From Fimbriosthenelais zetlandica (Eukaryota): 64,000 bases of DNA. Location of the stretch: NCBI GenBank assembly GCA_977030845.1, contig OZ365114.1, forward strand, positions 25,420,001 to 25,484,000. The letters are read 5' to 3'. This document shows positions 51,301 to 63,700 of the stretch, one piece after another (position 1 is the stretch's first letter; each line of letters begins with the position of its first letter). The position numbers and the translations under genes are program-made. The notes under the pieces are model-generated. The model was not told the DNA's origin. It saw only the letters and a list, made by a program, of their open reading frames with translations, and searched no databases.

Positions 51301-54300
51301 CATTGCTTTTCTGGATTCTAATTGTCTTGTTTGTCTTTCAGGGTGAAGCCATCCCGATCCTGGCTTCGTTCTTGAGGAAGAACCACAGAGCCCTCCGCCT
51401 CAGCACTCTGTCATGCCTGGACGTACTGATTATTAACTATGGAGCAGGTATGAACAGTCAGATGTTCAGTGAGGTGATGAAGGAACTGTCGGCTCTTATC
51501 AACGAGAGCGATCTACATGTTTCCCAGGTAAGAACTATCTACATTATATATGCTCTTTCCATGAATTTGTTCAGTAAATGCATATGTATATGATGAATTT
51601 ATGCATGTAGATAATATAGTTTTACATGTACATTTCTCCCATATATCCAGCACATTTTCATATGAAGATATCATGTATTTTACATGTTTTTTATAATAAT
51701 ATTATCTCTTGTAACAGTTGACTCTCAACTTGTTAACGTCCATCTGCCGCGTGAACCGAGGATCCATGTCAATGATACATGAAGGCATCCTCTCACAGAT
51801 CCTCCAGCTCATCAGGTCACCTCTACTTCAAGGTACACCACCTTATATCAGCTCTGTCACGAAAAGAACATGAAGCAAAATAGCACTGTATAGAGGGAGG
51901 GAGATAGCTGTAGAAAGAGGTGAATTGGAGAGGAGGGAGGGAGATAGCTGTAGAAAGGGGTGAATTAGAGAGGAGGGAGGGAGATAGCTGTAGAAAGGGG
52001 TGAATTAGAGAGGAGGGAGGGAGATAGCTGTAGAAAGGGGTGAATTAGAGAGGAGGGAGGGAGATAGCTGTAGAAAGGGGTGAATTAGAGAGGAGGGAGG
52101 GAGATAGCTGTAGAAAGAGGTGAATTGGAGAGGAGGGAGGGAGGTAGCTGTAGAAAGGGGTGAATTGGAGAGGAGGGAGGGAGATAGCTGTAGAAAGGGG
52201 TGAATTAGAGAGGAGGGAGGGAGATAGCTGTAGAAAGGGGTGAATTAGAGAGGAGGGAGGGAGTTAGCTGTAGAAAGGGGCGAATGAAAGAGGAGGGATG
52301 TGGGAGGGAAGGAATTGAAATTTATATCAAGGTTATCATTTATTTATTTACTTTCATAACTTGATTTCCAGGTGCCGCGCTTCAGGCAATGATGGACTTC
52401 TTCCAAGCTTTAGTCGTCACAAACACTCCACGTTTGGGATTCAAGGATTTGCTCCAAGTGAGTAAATAACCCGTACAAACATGTGATATTTTATCATACC
52501 ATAACCAAGCAAAAATGTCATATTTCATCATGCCAAGCAAAGATGTGATATTTCATCATGCCATAACCAAGCAAAAATGTGATATTTCATCATGCCATAA
52601 CCAAGCAAAAATGTGATATTTCATCATGGCATAACCAGGCAAAAATGTGATATTTCATCATGCCATAACTAAGCAAAAATGTGATATTTCATCATGCCAT
52701 AACCAAGCAACCTAACTATATTTTGAGTGTTATTTCACATTTTTCAGATGTTAACAGAGCCGATATATCACCCCACTAAACACGGATCAGTGGGCACCAT
52801 CTCTCTGGCCGTGCACAAGCAGGCCTTCCAGTCTATCGCTAAGTGTATCGCCGCGCTCACTGTACAATGCAAGCGTGAGGGCTGCTCAGTCGTCAACCAG
52901 TTTGTCAATGATATAAAGGTACATCCTCTACTCCCAAAAATTACTTATATCAGTACTTGAAAAATGCTTATTTCTAAATAGACTTCCTAGAATGTATTTG
53001 GATTAATGTTAAATTTTTGTGTCAATTGCAGAACCCCAAAGCTTATTTCTAAATAGACTTCCTATAATTTATTGGGATTAATGTTAAATTTTTGTGTCAA
53101 TTGCAGAACCCCAAGTCTACCGATTCAGTACGGTTATTATCACTTTTGGCCCTAGGTGAAATCGGTAGGCATGTGTGAGTATACCCTTCTTCATTGGTCT
53201 CTTGACTGCCTTCTGCATAATTGAGAAATGTAGAATTAAAGCCTTACAACTTAGTGATAAATTATTGTTTTAATCTTTTGCAGAGATCTTAGTACACAAG
53301 GTGAAATACAAAACGTCATTCTAGACTCATTTTCATCCCCTAATGAGGAGGTCAAATCAGCCGCCTCGTATGCTCTAGGTAAGACTTCATTTTATTTTAA
53401 CATTCTTGGACTGTCAACTGTCATATTTCCTAACCTCCTAGCACTCAACGTTAAATTTATGTGCCATTTTTTCTTCCAGGAAATGTAAGTGTAGGCAACT
53501 TGACCAAGTTTGTGCCATTTGTATTGGAGGAGATAGAGAACCAGCCCAAACGACAATATCTCCTTCTACACTCGCTCAAAGAAATTATCAGTTGTCAGTC
53601 TGCAAACGCTGCGGCTGTAGAGAACATACTCCCTTACGTCGACTGTATATGGTGAGTATTGTGAACAGATTCTTATAATTCTTTAAGGATCTTTTAGGTA
53701 TCTAAGCATAGGTCGCAAGCATGACGCGATCTTTTGTTACTAGCAAGAAAATCTAAATTTGTCAATATTGGTGCGAAAATTATTGTTACACGCTATTTGA
53801 AGGAATATCCATCTAGCTTGGTTGACATCTGCTAAAGCCAAGTGCAATTTGCTAAGACAAATTTGGTGTCTTAAACACTTTTTTCTGCACAAAATTTGTA
53901 GCTAGTGTGAGCCCAGCAAATGACTGACTATGTTTTTGCTTGTCACAGGTCAGTTCTAATGAAGCACTGTGAGTGCCCTGAGGAGGGTACTAGGAATGTA
54001 GTAGCTGAATGTTTGGGTAAGTTAACGCTCATCGACCCGCCGCATCTCTTACCCAAACTTAAAGGCTACCTCACCTCCAACTCAGCCTTCATCCGCAGCA
54101 CTGTCGTCACCGCCGTCAAATTCACCATCTCAGATCAAGTATGTATTTTCCCCACCAAGGGATCTTTTTCCCTATGGTTTGCACAGTTCTGAAAAATTTG
54201 TTTGCTGCATAGGAAAACTAGTCTAAGTCACCCTCCAAAAAAGTCCTGGGAAAATGAGGAAATAGGGTTTCCTATAGAACATTTCAGTACATTGTAAGGC

Positions 54301-57300
54301 TTAAAATGTAACATGGATTAGGAATTGAGTCCTGGAATACTGCAAATTTGTCCTGGATAATCCGGGTAAAATCTACGAAGCCTGTTTTTTGTGCATCAAT
54401 GAAATTATTACCTTATTAGCAATGATCATATAGTAGAATTGAGGTAATATTTTCTCATGTTCCAGCCACAAGCCATCGACTCCCTGCTCCGCTCCACCAT
54501 GGGAGACTTCCTGGAGGCTCTCCATGATACAGACCTCAACGTACGGCGGGTGGCTCTAGTGGCCTTCAACTCAGCCGCTCACAATAAACCAGCCCTGGTC
54601 CGTGACCTGCTGGTGGCGGTCCTACCACACCTCTACAGCGAGACCAAAGTTAGGGTAAGCTACCCCCAATTTGATGTCCCTTCAGTATTCTTTTTCTGTG
54701 AAATTGACGTATTCTTTTTCTGTAAAATTGACTATCTCCAGTATTATTTTTCTATAAAATTGGCTATTATTTTTCTGTGAAATTGACATCTTCAGTATTT
54801 ATTTTCTGTGAAATTGATTATCTGTACTTCTTATGATCAGGTATGAAGTTTTTAGTAACAAAATCCAGAAGAAATTTATTGAGTTTGTAATAAGTATTAG
54901 GCTATTGACAAATGCATTGTTCACTAAATATAATCCATTTCTGATGACAGAAAGAACTAATCAGAGAGGTTGAAATGGGCCCATTCAAACACACAGTCGA
55001 TGATGGCTTGGATATCAGAAAGGTGGGTGCTTTTATTCAATCTAAAAATTACATAGTTTGGTGTGATCTTCTATTTATCTGGTACCTATTTGAACAAAAA
55101 TATTTCAATTATAGAATAACCAATATCGAACAAAACTAAGACGTGTAATAATGATTGAGTAAATCTGTCCCTGGAGTTTATATTGTAACGTTTTTCATTG
55201 TTGTAATTTCAGGCGGCCTTTGAGTGCATGTACACGTTACTCGACTCATGTTTGGACCGGATTGACATCTTTGAGTTCCTCAAGCATGTAGAGGAGGGTC
55301 TTAACGATCATTACGACATTAAGATGCTTACATACCTGATGCTCGTACGACTGGCGCATCTCTGTCCTAACGCTGTCTTACAACGTGAGTATTATTATTG
55401 TATCATTTTATTCATACACTGTACATTTACATTGAGATAAGTATATCGCATCATTCTACCATTAAGGGGCTATCTCAAAAGTTAGCAAGTTTTTTTTCTC
55501 TAAATTTAAGTCTTTAATTTGGAGCCAGACCACCACCCCACCTCCAATTTTAAAGTGTGAAAAATAATGGCTTGAATCCTGGTAACTGATATCCATGCGG
55601 TTTTTCAAAAATTTAAGTGGGCCTCGGACCCCCACCTACTGTTGTAAATAAATTGAATTTAGAAAGGACTTTTGAGGAACAATTTACGCATTGAGATTTG
55701 CAGAAATGGGGTTTTTGTTAACGTCAATGCTGTTATTCGTTCCGTTCAGATTTGGATCATATCGTGGAGCCGCTGCGGGCCACGTGCACAACTAAAGTTA
55801 AAGCCAACTCTGTGAAACAAGAGTTTGAGAAACAAGATGAGCTGAAGAGGTCTGCCCTCCGCGCAGTGGCTGCCCTCCTACACATCCCAGAAGCAGGTGA
55901 GAAATATATTCTATTAAAAATATTATGTTACTTTCAAGTGTTTGGTTTTTTTTTATTACTTTTTGGAAGTACTGTCTTGGGGCCAGGCCAAGTGGTAACG
56001 GAGGGACACTTTTGCTGTATTTTGCCCTAGTACTCATGTGCTATTCAAGATTGAGTAAAATAACAACTGGTATTATATAAAGGCTACCTTAGACTATAAA
56101 CTCAGGGAAAAAAGTTTGGAGCCAAACAACTTCTTGTGGGTGAAATTTGTAAAAAACAGTGTGGTAACGGAGGGACGCAAAATTAACGTCTATTTTTTGC
56201 ACTTTTTTGAGACCTGCATATCATACGGTTCCTGAGGTTCAAATCATTATTTATCTCTTTCACAATGTGCTATTACTATTTAAATATGAACATACAAAAT
56301 TGCAAGCCAGTAGGGCTTCTCAATTTTTATGGAGCAGTATTTAAAGAGTGATGGTCATGGTAACGGAGGGACATTGGCAAATGGTAACGGAGGGACACAT
56401 TTTCACTATGTCTATTCAGGCAGCCCTTATACATCATATACCAATTGTTTGCTCAATTGATATGTTTTAGTGTATTTTGGCAACAGTGGAACACCTTTCA
56501 CATTATTCCAAGGGTTTTATGCAGCTTTAAATTAAGCCTGGGCCACTTCAAATATCTGAAGTTAACAATTGGTGAAAAATGATGCAATGTGAAAAAATGT
56601 TCCAGTGTAACCTTAAATTCTTTCACAAAATGAACTCTAAATTAATCATATAGTTTTATTTCAAATCCCAATTCAATTTAATTACATCATGGTATGAAAA
56701 GCACACACTTAAATAACCTTTTGATTCCTTAAACTGAACCTTCCATTTTTCAGTATATTTCCAAGTAAAAATTACAGAAAATTGCTTAATTCATAACAGA
56801 AAATGTCTTGAGGAGGTGTAATTTTGGTGGATTACATGCAAAAACCTATGTTGATTCAGCTTAGTACTCATCGATCAAACAGAGCAGCTCATCAAAATAC
56901 CAAATTTTGATGGAAATTGCAAAATCATCTACCTTTGTATTTGTTGAAAATTTTGTGAATTTGACTATCTGGTGTCAGTGACTGAAAGTCCATGAAATTA
57001 TTTTCAGTCTATTAGATCTCACTTTAGTACAGTTCAATGAATTTCTGCGTTATGGTGGCAAAATCCTCAGCACTTAGTTTCAGCAGGTTTGTCCTACTTG
57101 ACGATGATGGGCAGGAGCATCAACTTCGAGGAACAACTGATGTGTTAAGATTTATATTACTGACCCAAGGAAGCCCTTTCTTGTTTGGAAATTTTGGTTT
57201 TATTGAATCCAATGCAAGTGATTCATTTTAAACTAGAGGCCTTCTTTAGCTAGGCATAATGAAGCCATGCAAAGTTTTTCTTCTCATACTATAGAATCCA

Positions 57301-58312
57301 AATGGAAGGAAGCCATGATTGTCGTTACAAGCAGCCCTTTAAAATGTGAAACCATGCATGACAATGGTAAAATACCAAATTAAAGGAGATATCTAAAGCC
57401 TAAAACAATTTTGTAACCCATCTGAGTAAATAAAAATATTATTATGCATCTACCATGCTAGATTTACCCAGTTCAAATTTGTGTCCCTCCGTTACCGGTA
57501 ACGGAGGGACAGTTTTCACCCCCCTCAAAATCATAATTCTGACAATGTTTTTTCAAAACTGGTTATACTGCATCAAGACACATCCCAATTTGCTTTCTTT
57601 TGGGAAGTTTCACCTCTCTGAGTGGAAAATTTATTTTAAAAAAATTGAAAAAACTATGTTTTTTTGGTAACGGAGGGACAGACCAAAATGAGAATCCAGA
57701 CATTTTTGAATACACTGTAAAAAAAATTCTGTGACTTTTTATCCTAAAACATTCACTCTAGTGGGATGCCTGTTCATATCATTATTAGAAAAAAATGTTA
57801 TTTATTCATATTTTATTAAAAACAGATGCACAGTAAGGCTATTGTTGTAGGGTAGAATCAGGAGGAAAGTGCATGCGTTCATGTTCATCAATCCCAATGG
57901 ATTAAAAAACCCATAACTTTTTTTCTAGTAGAGATAAATCAATAATTTTTTCGGTTCTGTACACCTTGGCATGTTGGCTTCAAGATCAGGCTATAAGGAA
58001 TTCATTTCAAAGGGTTTTAAATTTTGCCTCTGATGTTAACCTCCCCTTGGCCTGGCCCTCTTGTAAGCCATCCGAAATCTGCATAAATATTTGTGTCAAG
58101 GTTGCCACGGTTTTGCCATGGTTTTGCCATGGATTTAATTTAGTCTATATATAATAGTTTATTCCAATTGTTTCCTTCCAGAAAAAAGCCCCCTGATGAA
58201 TGAGTTCCTCTCACAGATCAAACTAAACCTTGAACTCTCACAAATGTTTGAAAGTATCCAGAAAGATGCTTCCTCCTCGACGTCAGATGCGTCGCTGATG
58301 GACATCAGTTAG
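45312..58312 (+). CDS. CAND1: Cullin-associated NEDD8-dissociated protein 1, complete, 30 coding exons, 1239 aa
   Basis: Exons 45312-45353, 46116-46217, 47104-47171, 47282-47394, 47562-47662, 47770-47836, 47970-48068, 48161-48287, 48427-48589, 48790-48893, 49067-49221, 49391-49499, 49736-49921, 50102-50213, 50324-50417, 50590-50707, 50847-51012, 51342-51527, 51718-51832, 52372-52457, 52748-52918, 53107-53174, 53284-53378, 53480-53651, 53949-54138, 54466-54654, 54951-55022, 55213-55384, 55750-55896, 58182-58312. All GT-AG, summing to 3720 nt. Starts [30 protein letters not shown]; contains [28 protein letters not shown] and [20 protein letters not shown]. Confidence 0.98.
51085..51295 (+). mobile_element. 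Possible 5'-truncated SINE body/3' tail in a CAND1 intron
   Basis: GC-richer island in an AT-rich intron, ending actgaacattaaacgatatacaacaaa, which resembles LINE-derived SINE tails. Family not identifiable. Confidence 0.3.
51893..52300 (+). repeat. 40-bp purine-rich minisatellite, ~10 copies
   Basis: gagggagggagatagctgtagaaag(g/a)ggtgaatt(a/g)gagag repeated near-perfectly. Confidence 0.95.
52495..52712 (+). repeat. 34-bp minisatellite, ~6 copies
   Basis: aagcaaaaatgtgatatttcatcatgccataacc repeated. Confidence 0.93.
52966..53115 (+). repeat. 75-bp tandem duplication containing a CAND1 splice acceptor
   Basis: gcttatttctaaatagacttcc...aaatttttgtgtcaattgcagaaccccaa at 52966-53040 and 53041-53115. 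Confidence 0.92.
54685..54830 (+). repeat. Degenerate ~25-bp tandem repeat
   Basis: gtattctttttctgtgaaattgac-like units, 4-5 copies. Confidence 0.75.
55980..58058. mobile_element. Non-autonomous or decayed DNA transposon, 2079 bp, 13-bp TIR, 5-bp TSD
   Basis: TIR GGGCCAGGCCAAG (55980-55992) and CTTGGCCTGGCCC (58046-58058); TSD TCTTG at 55975-55979 and 58059-58063; seven internal GGTAACGGAGGGAC motifs. Confidence 0.85.
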
Positions 58313-59723
58313 ATGCCAGGTGATGTCAGACACGCCTGGTCAGAAGACGACAATCTCAATTTATCCCCCAATATATCCAAAGATATTAATTAGTCTTTGG
58401 CAATCACAAGTGATGAAATATTTCCTAAAGATAGTACATGAAACTATGACGTATGATGGCATGCTGTGAGGAGCATGGTATAAGACTAGCAACCGTCTTG
58501 ACAGGTCAGTCCACCAGCTGCATTTTTTTATTTTCTGGTGAAATTTATCAATTTATCAACATTTTTTTTTCTGTCCACGTGGAAATTAATACGGACATAA
58601 AAAGGAAACCATTGCGGCACTTTTTTTCATGTGGCGTGAATAATTTCAGGTCAATTATTTAACTGTGGCTGCGCACAGTTTAGTAAAGAATTATTTTGTT
58701 TAAAATGGTCTCGTTTAAAGATTTTCTGCCAGGGTGATGTACCACTGCGGAATGATGAGACCAAAATATGTATTATGTCATTTAAAAGCCCCAATGGTTG
58801 GTCTAACTATTCTAGAAATGCTGACCCTTCGTCAATGATGAAATTATTACTGTGTATTTGTTAATGGCAATTATACTGAAATGAACTCCTTGACATTGAA
58901 GTCATTGCCTTATTGAGAGAGATTCTAATGATTCTAAAATAGCAAGCCTCTGCTTCAATGTTAGATGTATGAATCAATGTAGGCTGATGTAGGAAGAACC
59001 AGGATCTCGATATACTTTGGAACCTCAGATCATGAATTCAGTAATCTTCTAGTACCAATCTCTCTCAAAGTTCCATTCAATTCCTACATATTATGTCCAC
59101 TAATGTGCGATTCTGAATCACAGATGGACTCCCCTTATAATTTTCTTCCACAGTCACATTTTTTCTTAAAATTTTTATTTCCATTGTTTTTGATCATGAT
59201 CAAGACGTATCCACTGGCATCCACCTAATTATAATGTATCTCAGTCTGCTCATAATGAGTATATCAATGAGATCATTTCAGTTGAGAGTACATGTATTTC
59301 AATGTCGATGGAAATAACGTTAAATATGGGTCATCAGGAAAACGATTACATTCATTTTGCTACAAGAGGAAACTGATGGAAATGAACATTAACATTTGTT
59401 AGAAACATGGATCTGTGGTCTATGGCACCTAAAACCTGTTTTCAAATTCTCCTCACGTCAATGGGAAAGTAATGTCAGGAAGTGGCCGATTCTTCCGGCA
59501 TGGTTGCTATGATTCTATACATAATGGCATATTTATAGGTTTGTCTCACTAGGGCTCACCTTTGGACCATATCTCTATGGTGAAGAGCTTCATAAAACAT
59601 ACGAGTGCTTATTTAAGAATTGACATTGGTGAGAGCATTTTAATGTATACGGCAGAACTCCTTGTCGAATTAGGTTAACTTCTCAGACACTGCAACATTG
59701 CCCTGCATGAATGGTGGTGTTTG

Positions 59724-59729
59724 AATAAA
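59724..59729 (+). terminator. Candidate polyadenylation signal of CAND1
   Basis: AATAAA followed by a U/GU-rich stretch ~1.4 kb after the stop. Confidence 0.45.
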
Positions 59730-59827
59730 AAAACGAAACATTCATTGATTTGTTATTTAATTCATCTCTCAACCGTGTATTCTGAACCACTTTAATCGCG
59801 GAAATAACTTTGGTCGTTCAGTCTGGT

Positions 59828-60130
59828 GGCATTACTTGGAACTAATCTTAAAAGTTTTGACGCCGTCTGGCGGGACTACTTGGAACTAACTTCAATCGAT
59901 TTGGCGCCATCTGGCAGGATATCTTGGAACTAACTTCAATTGGTTTGGCGCCATATGTGAGATTACTAACTTCAAGGATTTGACGCAGTTTGGCCGGATT
60001 ACATTTACATAGAACTAACTTCAATTGATTTGGCGCCATATGTGAGATTACTAACTTCAAGGATTTGACACTGTTTGTCCGGTTTACACGGAACTAACGT
60101 CCAATGACTTGTGTGCCATCTAGTGGGATT
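59828..60130. repeat. Degenerate ~43-bp minisatellite with a higher-order duplication
   Basis: Recurrent ggaactaacttcaa...tttggcgccat units; a ~57-bp block is nearly identical at ~59927 and ~60013. Confidence 0.8.
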
Positions 60131-60785
60131 AAATGGAACTTCAATAACAGAATCGGACAGTTAAATTAAAAGAATTATTCCTAGTGAACTAACAACTAAA
60201 ACGGAATAGTGTAATAAGTAAAGCCAGAAGTCTAAATTGGTATTCTATAGAAAGAATGAGTGAAAATTGATAGTTAGTTAAATACACACATGGTGGCGTT
60301 CTGTAAAACTTCGTGTAGGTTTCAGCAGCCGAGTCCAAAATGACTACCGTACACACACTTAACGGACAATAGTATCATTTCCCTTCACTTGGGGAATTAA
60401 AATAAAGAAAACAATAACGAAATAAACAAAAATGGATATCAAGCTGTGGTTTAGATTATAAGGGAATGTATATATTTTTCATTGTTAATAATCTTGCGGA
60501 TCTCATGGAAGAGGACCACAGAAATATTGATGAGAACTTTGATCTATGACTAAAGACCACTATGTATAGTACACGTCTAGATATCGGCTGATACTTACGT
60601 TTATATTAGTTTAATGAGTATTATGTAGGACATGTATCCAGTTTGAGACCTTGAAGGGGATGTCCCTATGAAGCATGGCGTGAACAACATCAGGTAACTC
60701 ATCAGGCGTGGGTGGCGCGTGATAACCAATTACTGTTTACTTGGTAATTCATGTAGAACATCAGGCAAAACGCCAAGAGCCGCTT

Positions 60786-63700
60786 CTACATCTCCACTGG
60801 GCATTTCAGGCTTTGATATTCTAGAAATCTCATTGTCAATACTTGTTTAAAATAAAGATATAAATAATAATAAATTGAGTATATTATGATTAAAATATTT
60901 TAAATGAGTAGTTAAGAAAATGCTACTCAACCCAGAGACGTAATACGGTAATTATAATTATGTCTACGTAGGCTACCTGCTATGGCCAATAATAGCCCTA
61001 AATTGTTCTAAAGCACTTTTCTCTAACAGAACAGTTTCAGAGCTAATTTTAGCTTAGGGATAACCACCCAATACACCTCAAAATACAACTTTGAACAACT
61101 CAAATCCACTTGCAGATCCAGTTTTAGTTGGCCTACCTTTCTTATGGAGTACACGGATACAAGTTAGGAAGCCATGCATCGACCTGCGAGAGGAAATCGA
61201 TTTTATTTCAACTGCAGGAATCATAAGGTATGTGGGCCTTTACATCATATTAATATAGAATAGTATTCTTATAAGGAAGTCAAATATAGGGCTATTCCAT
61301 TGGTTATTCGTGTGTTACAATAGCTGTTAACAATGTAAGCAGAGTGGCCCCTCTTGGCTATTGTCGCCTATACCTTATTGTCCATTATATATTATATATC
61401 CAGAAGTTATAAAATTGATGCCTGGTAGGTTACCCATCATCTTAGGATTATAAATGTATGCAACTATGAACCCTTCGAATTGAGAATGTATTTAATAGAA
61501 TTTAGGTCGAAACGCCATGAATATAAATTTATACATTGGGGATGGGCGCTAGAAATGATGGAAGAGTATCAAACATTGTGAAGTCCAAGTCGTTGACCAG
61601 GTCCATGACCCACTTGACCTTGACGGGCCTTGACCGGAAGCTCACACACCCCTGATACTTCCTGTTCCTGTTCACGAGGCTGTGGTAAAAACAGGAGTTT
61701 CCAATTAATCATTATTGTTCAAATAACGAAGGCAGTTATGAACGGTCGCTAAAAGCAAAGCAGACTGCATGACCAAAGTTGACACTGCATTTTTAAAATT
61801 TCATGGCAAAATAAAGTCTTTGGCATTCTCCCTATGTAAGCCTATAGCCTAATTAGGCTATACGAGAGAATGCCATAGAAATATGGGACTCATTGTGATA
61901 TAGCCCTTATGTGTCCCGAAATAGAATGTCAAATCTATTTGCTACAGCCAGAGGAGACTAAGGAAGGATGATTTTTTTATTTAAACACTTCCTCCATGTA
62001 TATATACGGCCAAAGATCCGTGTGTGGTCCCCGACTAACCCACATACCAATTATCATCCATCCCAGTACCTGGTAATCAAACTGAGAGTGGGTGAAGTAT
62101 TGTCATTCAGAGTCCCAACATTAGGGCTGAGACAAGTTTTATTACTGTTTTATCTTCAGGTTAAAACTGCAAGAGGATATGTGGATATATTGGGGGCGTG
62201 TGTGGTGGTCTATCTGTGGTCGGTAAAGGAGCGCCAACCCAGAGAACTTCCCAAAAATTGAAATCTGTAATATGTAAAGACTTCTACCATGAGGCGAGCC
62301 CACACGCCTTGTCTATTAATCCATTAAGACCAGATGCCGAGATTGATGGGTGTACCCAACGAGTAGAGAATTCATTTTATACTTGTTGGTGTAGCTAAAT
62401 AATCCCATAACTTAAGTTGGACCTCCCACTTAAAGTTTAATGCTCGGAACAGGAATCTGAGATTTCTGTATTACTGGTAGCCTATGTAGGCCTACATGGT
62501 ACACCCCTCCCCCGAATCACATTTCCCAAATTTGAAACCCCACAAATCCCAAAGAAATGTTGATACCAAATCCCAAATGCCTCTGAGTAAAATTCCAATC
62601 CCAATTCCCAAGGCCAAAATACATGCCAATCATATTTCTCAAAACGGTCGTCGCTGCCCTGTATTTTGGCCGATCTAATGAATTATTTCATCTAATATAA
62701 TAACAGGAACTGTTCTTTAGAATAGTTGATGAAAAACCCGAGGAAAAAGCCTCCCCTGCCCCCGCACTCCTCACTATAATGATAAAGCTATGAGGACGGT
62801 GCTCATGTCGCACTAACCATGGACATGGCTGTTACGAACCAAGCCTTGGGTCGTGGGCGACAAGGCAATCTTCAGGTACTTGACGGTAGAGGTGATACAG
62901 ACAGCAAATCACCTTGTCGGTAGAGATCTAAGAAGCAGGCATGTGCTCACTTCTGATCCGTCTCTTTGTTCTACCCCCGACAACTCGGTCTCTCCGGCGC
63001 CCTGAGTTGCACTGGTATCGGTTAAAAGAAGGGGGTGAAGGGGGTGGGAAAAAGACACACTGGAGAATAAGAGGGATTAACAAAAATGTTTGTCTGATTT
63101 AAACTCTTGCTTTACAATCAAAGACATAGTTAGTTAGCTACTCGAGAGCTTCTCAAACGTAAAATCCTTCCACATATTGGCTCCTTTCAAACTTTACCCA
63201 ATTAGATGGTAATTTTGAGCTCAGGAATTTCTTGAAGGGTATAAGATAAACGTATTCTTCAAGGCATGTAAACGATTTGTAGGAATTGTAAGACAACAGA
63301 TCCTAAAGATAATGCCTAGATAATTAGTCAGTGCTATCTGTAGGTGTAGTATCTAATTCCTCATCAGATATAGACATATCACATTCTAACGGACACCTAT
63401 CAACCCGTACGATAAACACATCAAAGCTTGTCTTAAGTGCCGACAGAAAGATTACAAGATCTTTATCAACATGACGATTAAACATCATATGTTTATCTAG
63501 AGACTGGGGTGATGCGGGGCCAAAAACGTGGTGTCTGAAAGTTACACGACCCAAGAGAGGCCCGGCAAAATCCTGTTATAGCTCAATACAAGCTTAATAG
63601 GATAAAAGAACTTTGTAAAGAACCGATGATCTTTAAACAAGGGATTAGATAACAAACCTGAATGAGGGTGGTAGTGAGAATTAAGAGATGTTAAATTTAC

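Noticed and set aside
51893-52712. Regular repeats resembling CRISPR arrays
   Set aside because: Head-to-tail units without unique spacers, in spliceosomal introns, with no cas genes.
53480-53954. Donor-like sequences at CAND1 exon starts (GTAAGT 5 nt into exon 24; AG|GTCAGT at exon 25)
   Set aside because: They lie in conserved coding sequence flanked by short introns where recursive splicing is not expected; explained by codon content.
62995-63035. U12-like branch motif (ttcttttaac) before a minus-strand acceptor
   Set aside because: No matching RTATCCTT donor upstream on that strand within the window.
63324-63575. Minus-strand ORF beginning DFAGPL (BEL integrase-like motif)
   Set aside because: The following residues do not continue the integrase pattern; treated as coincidence.
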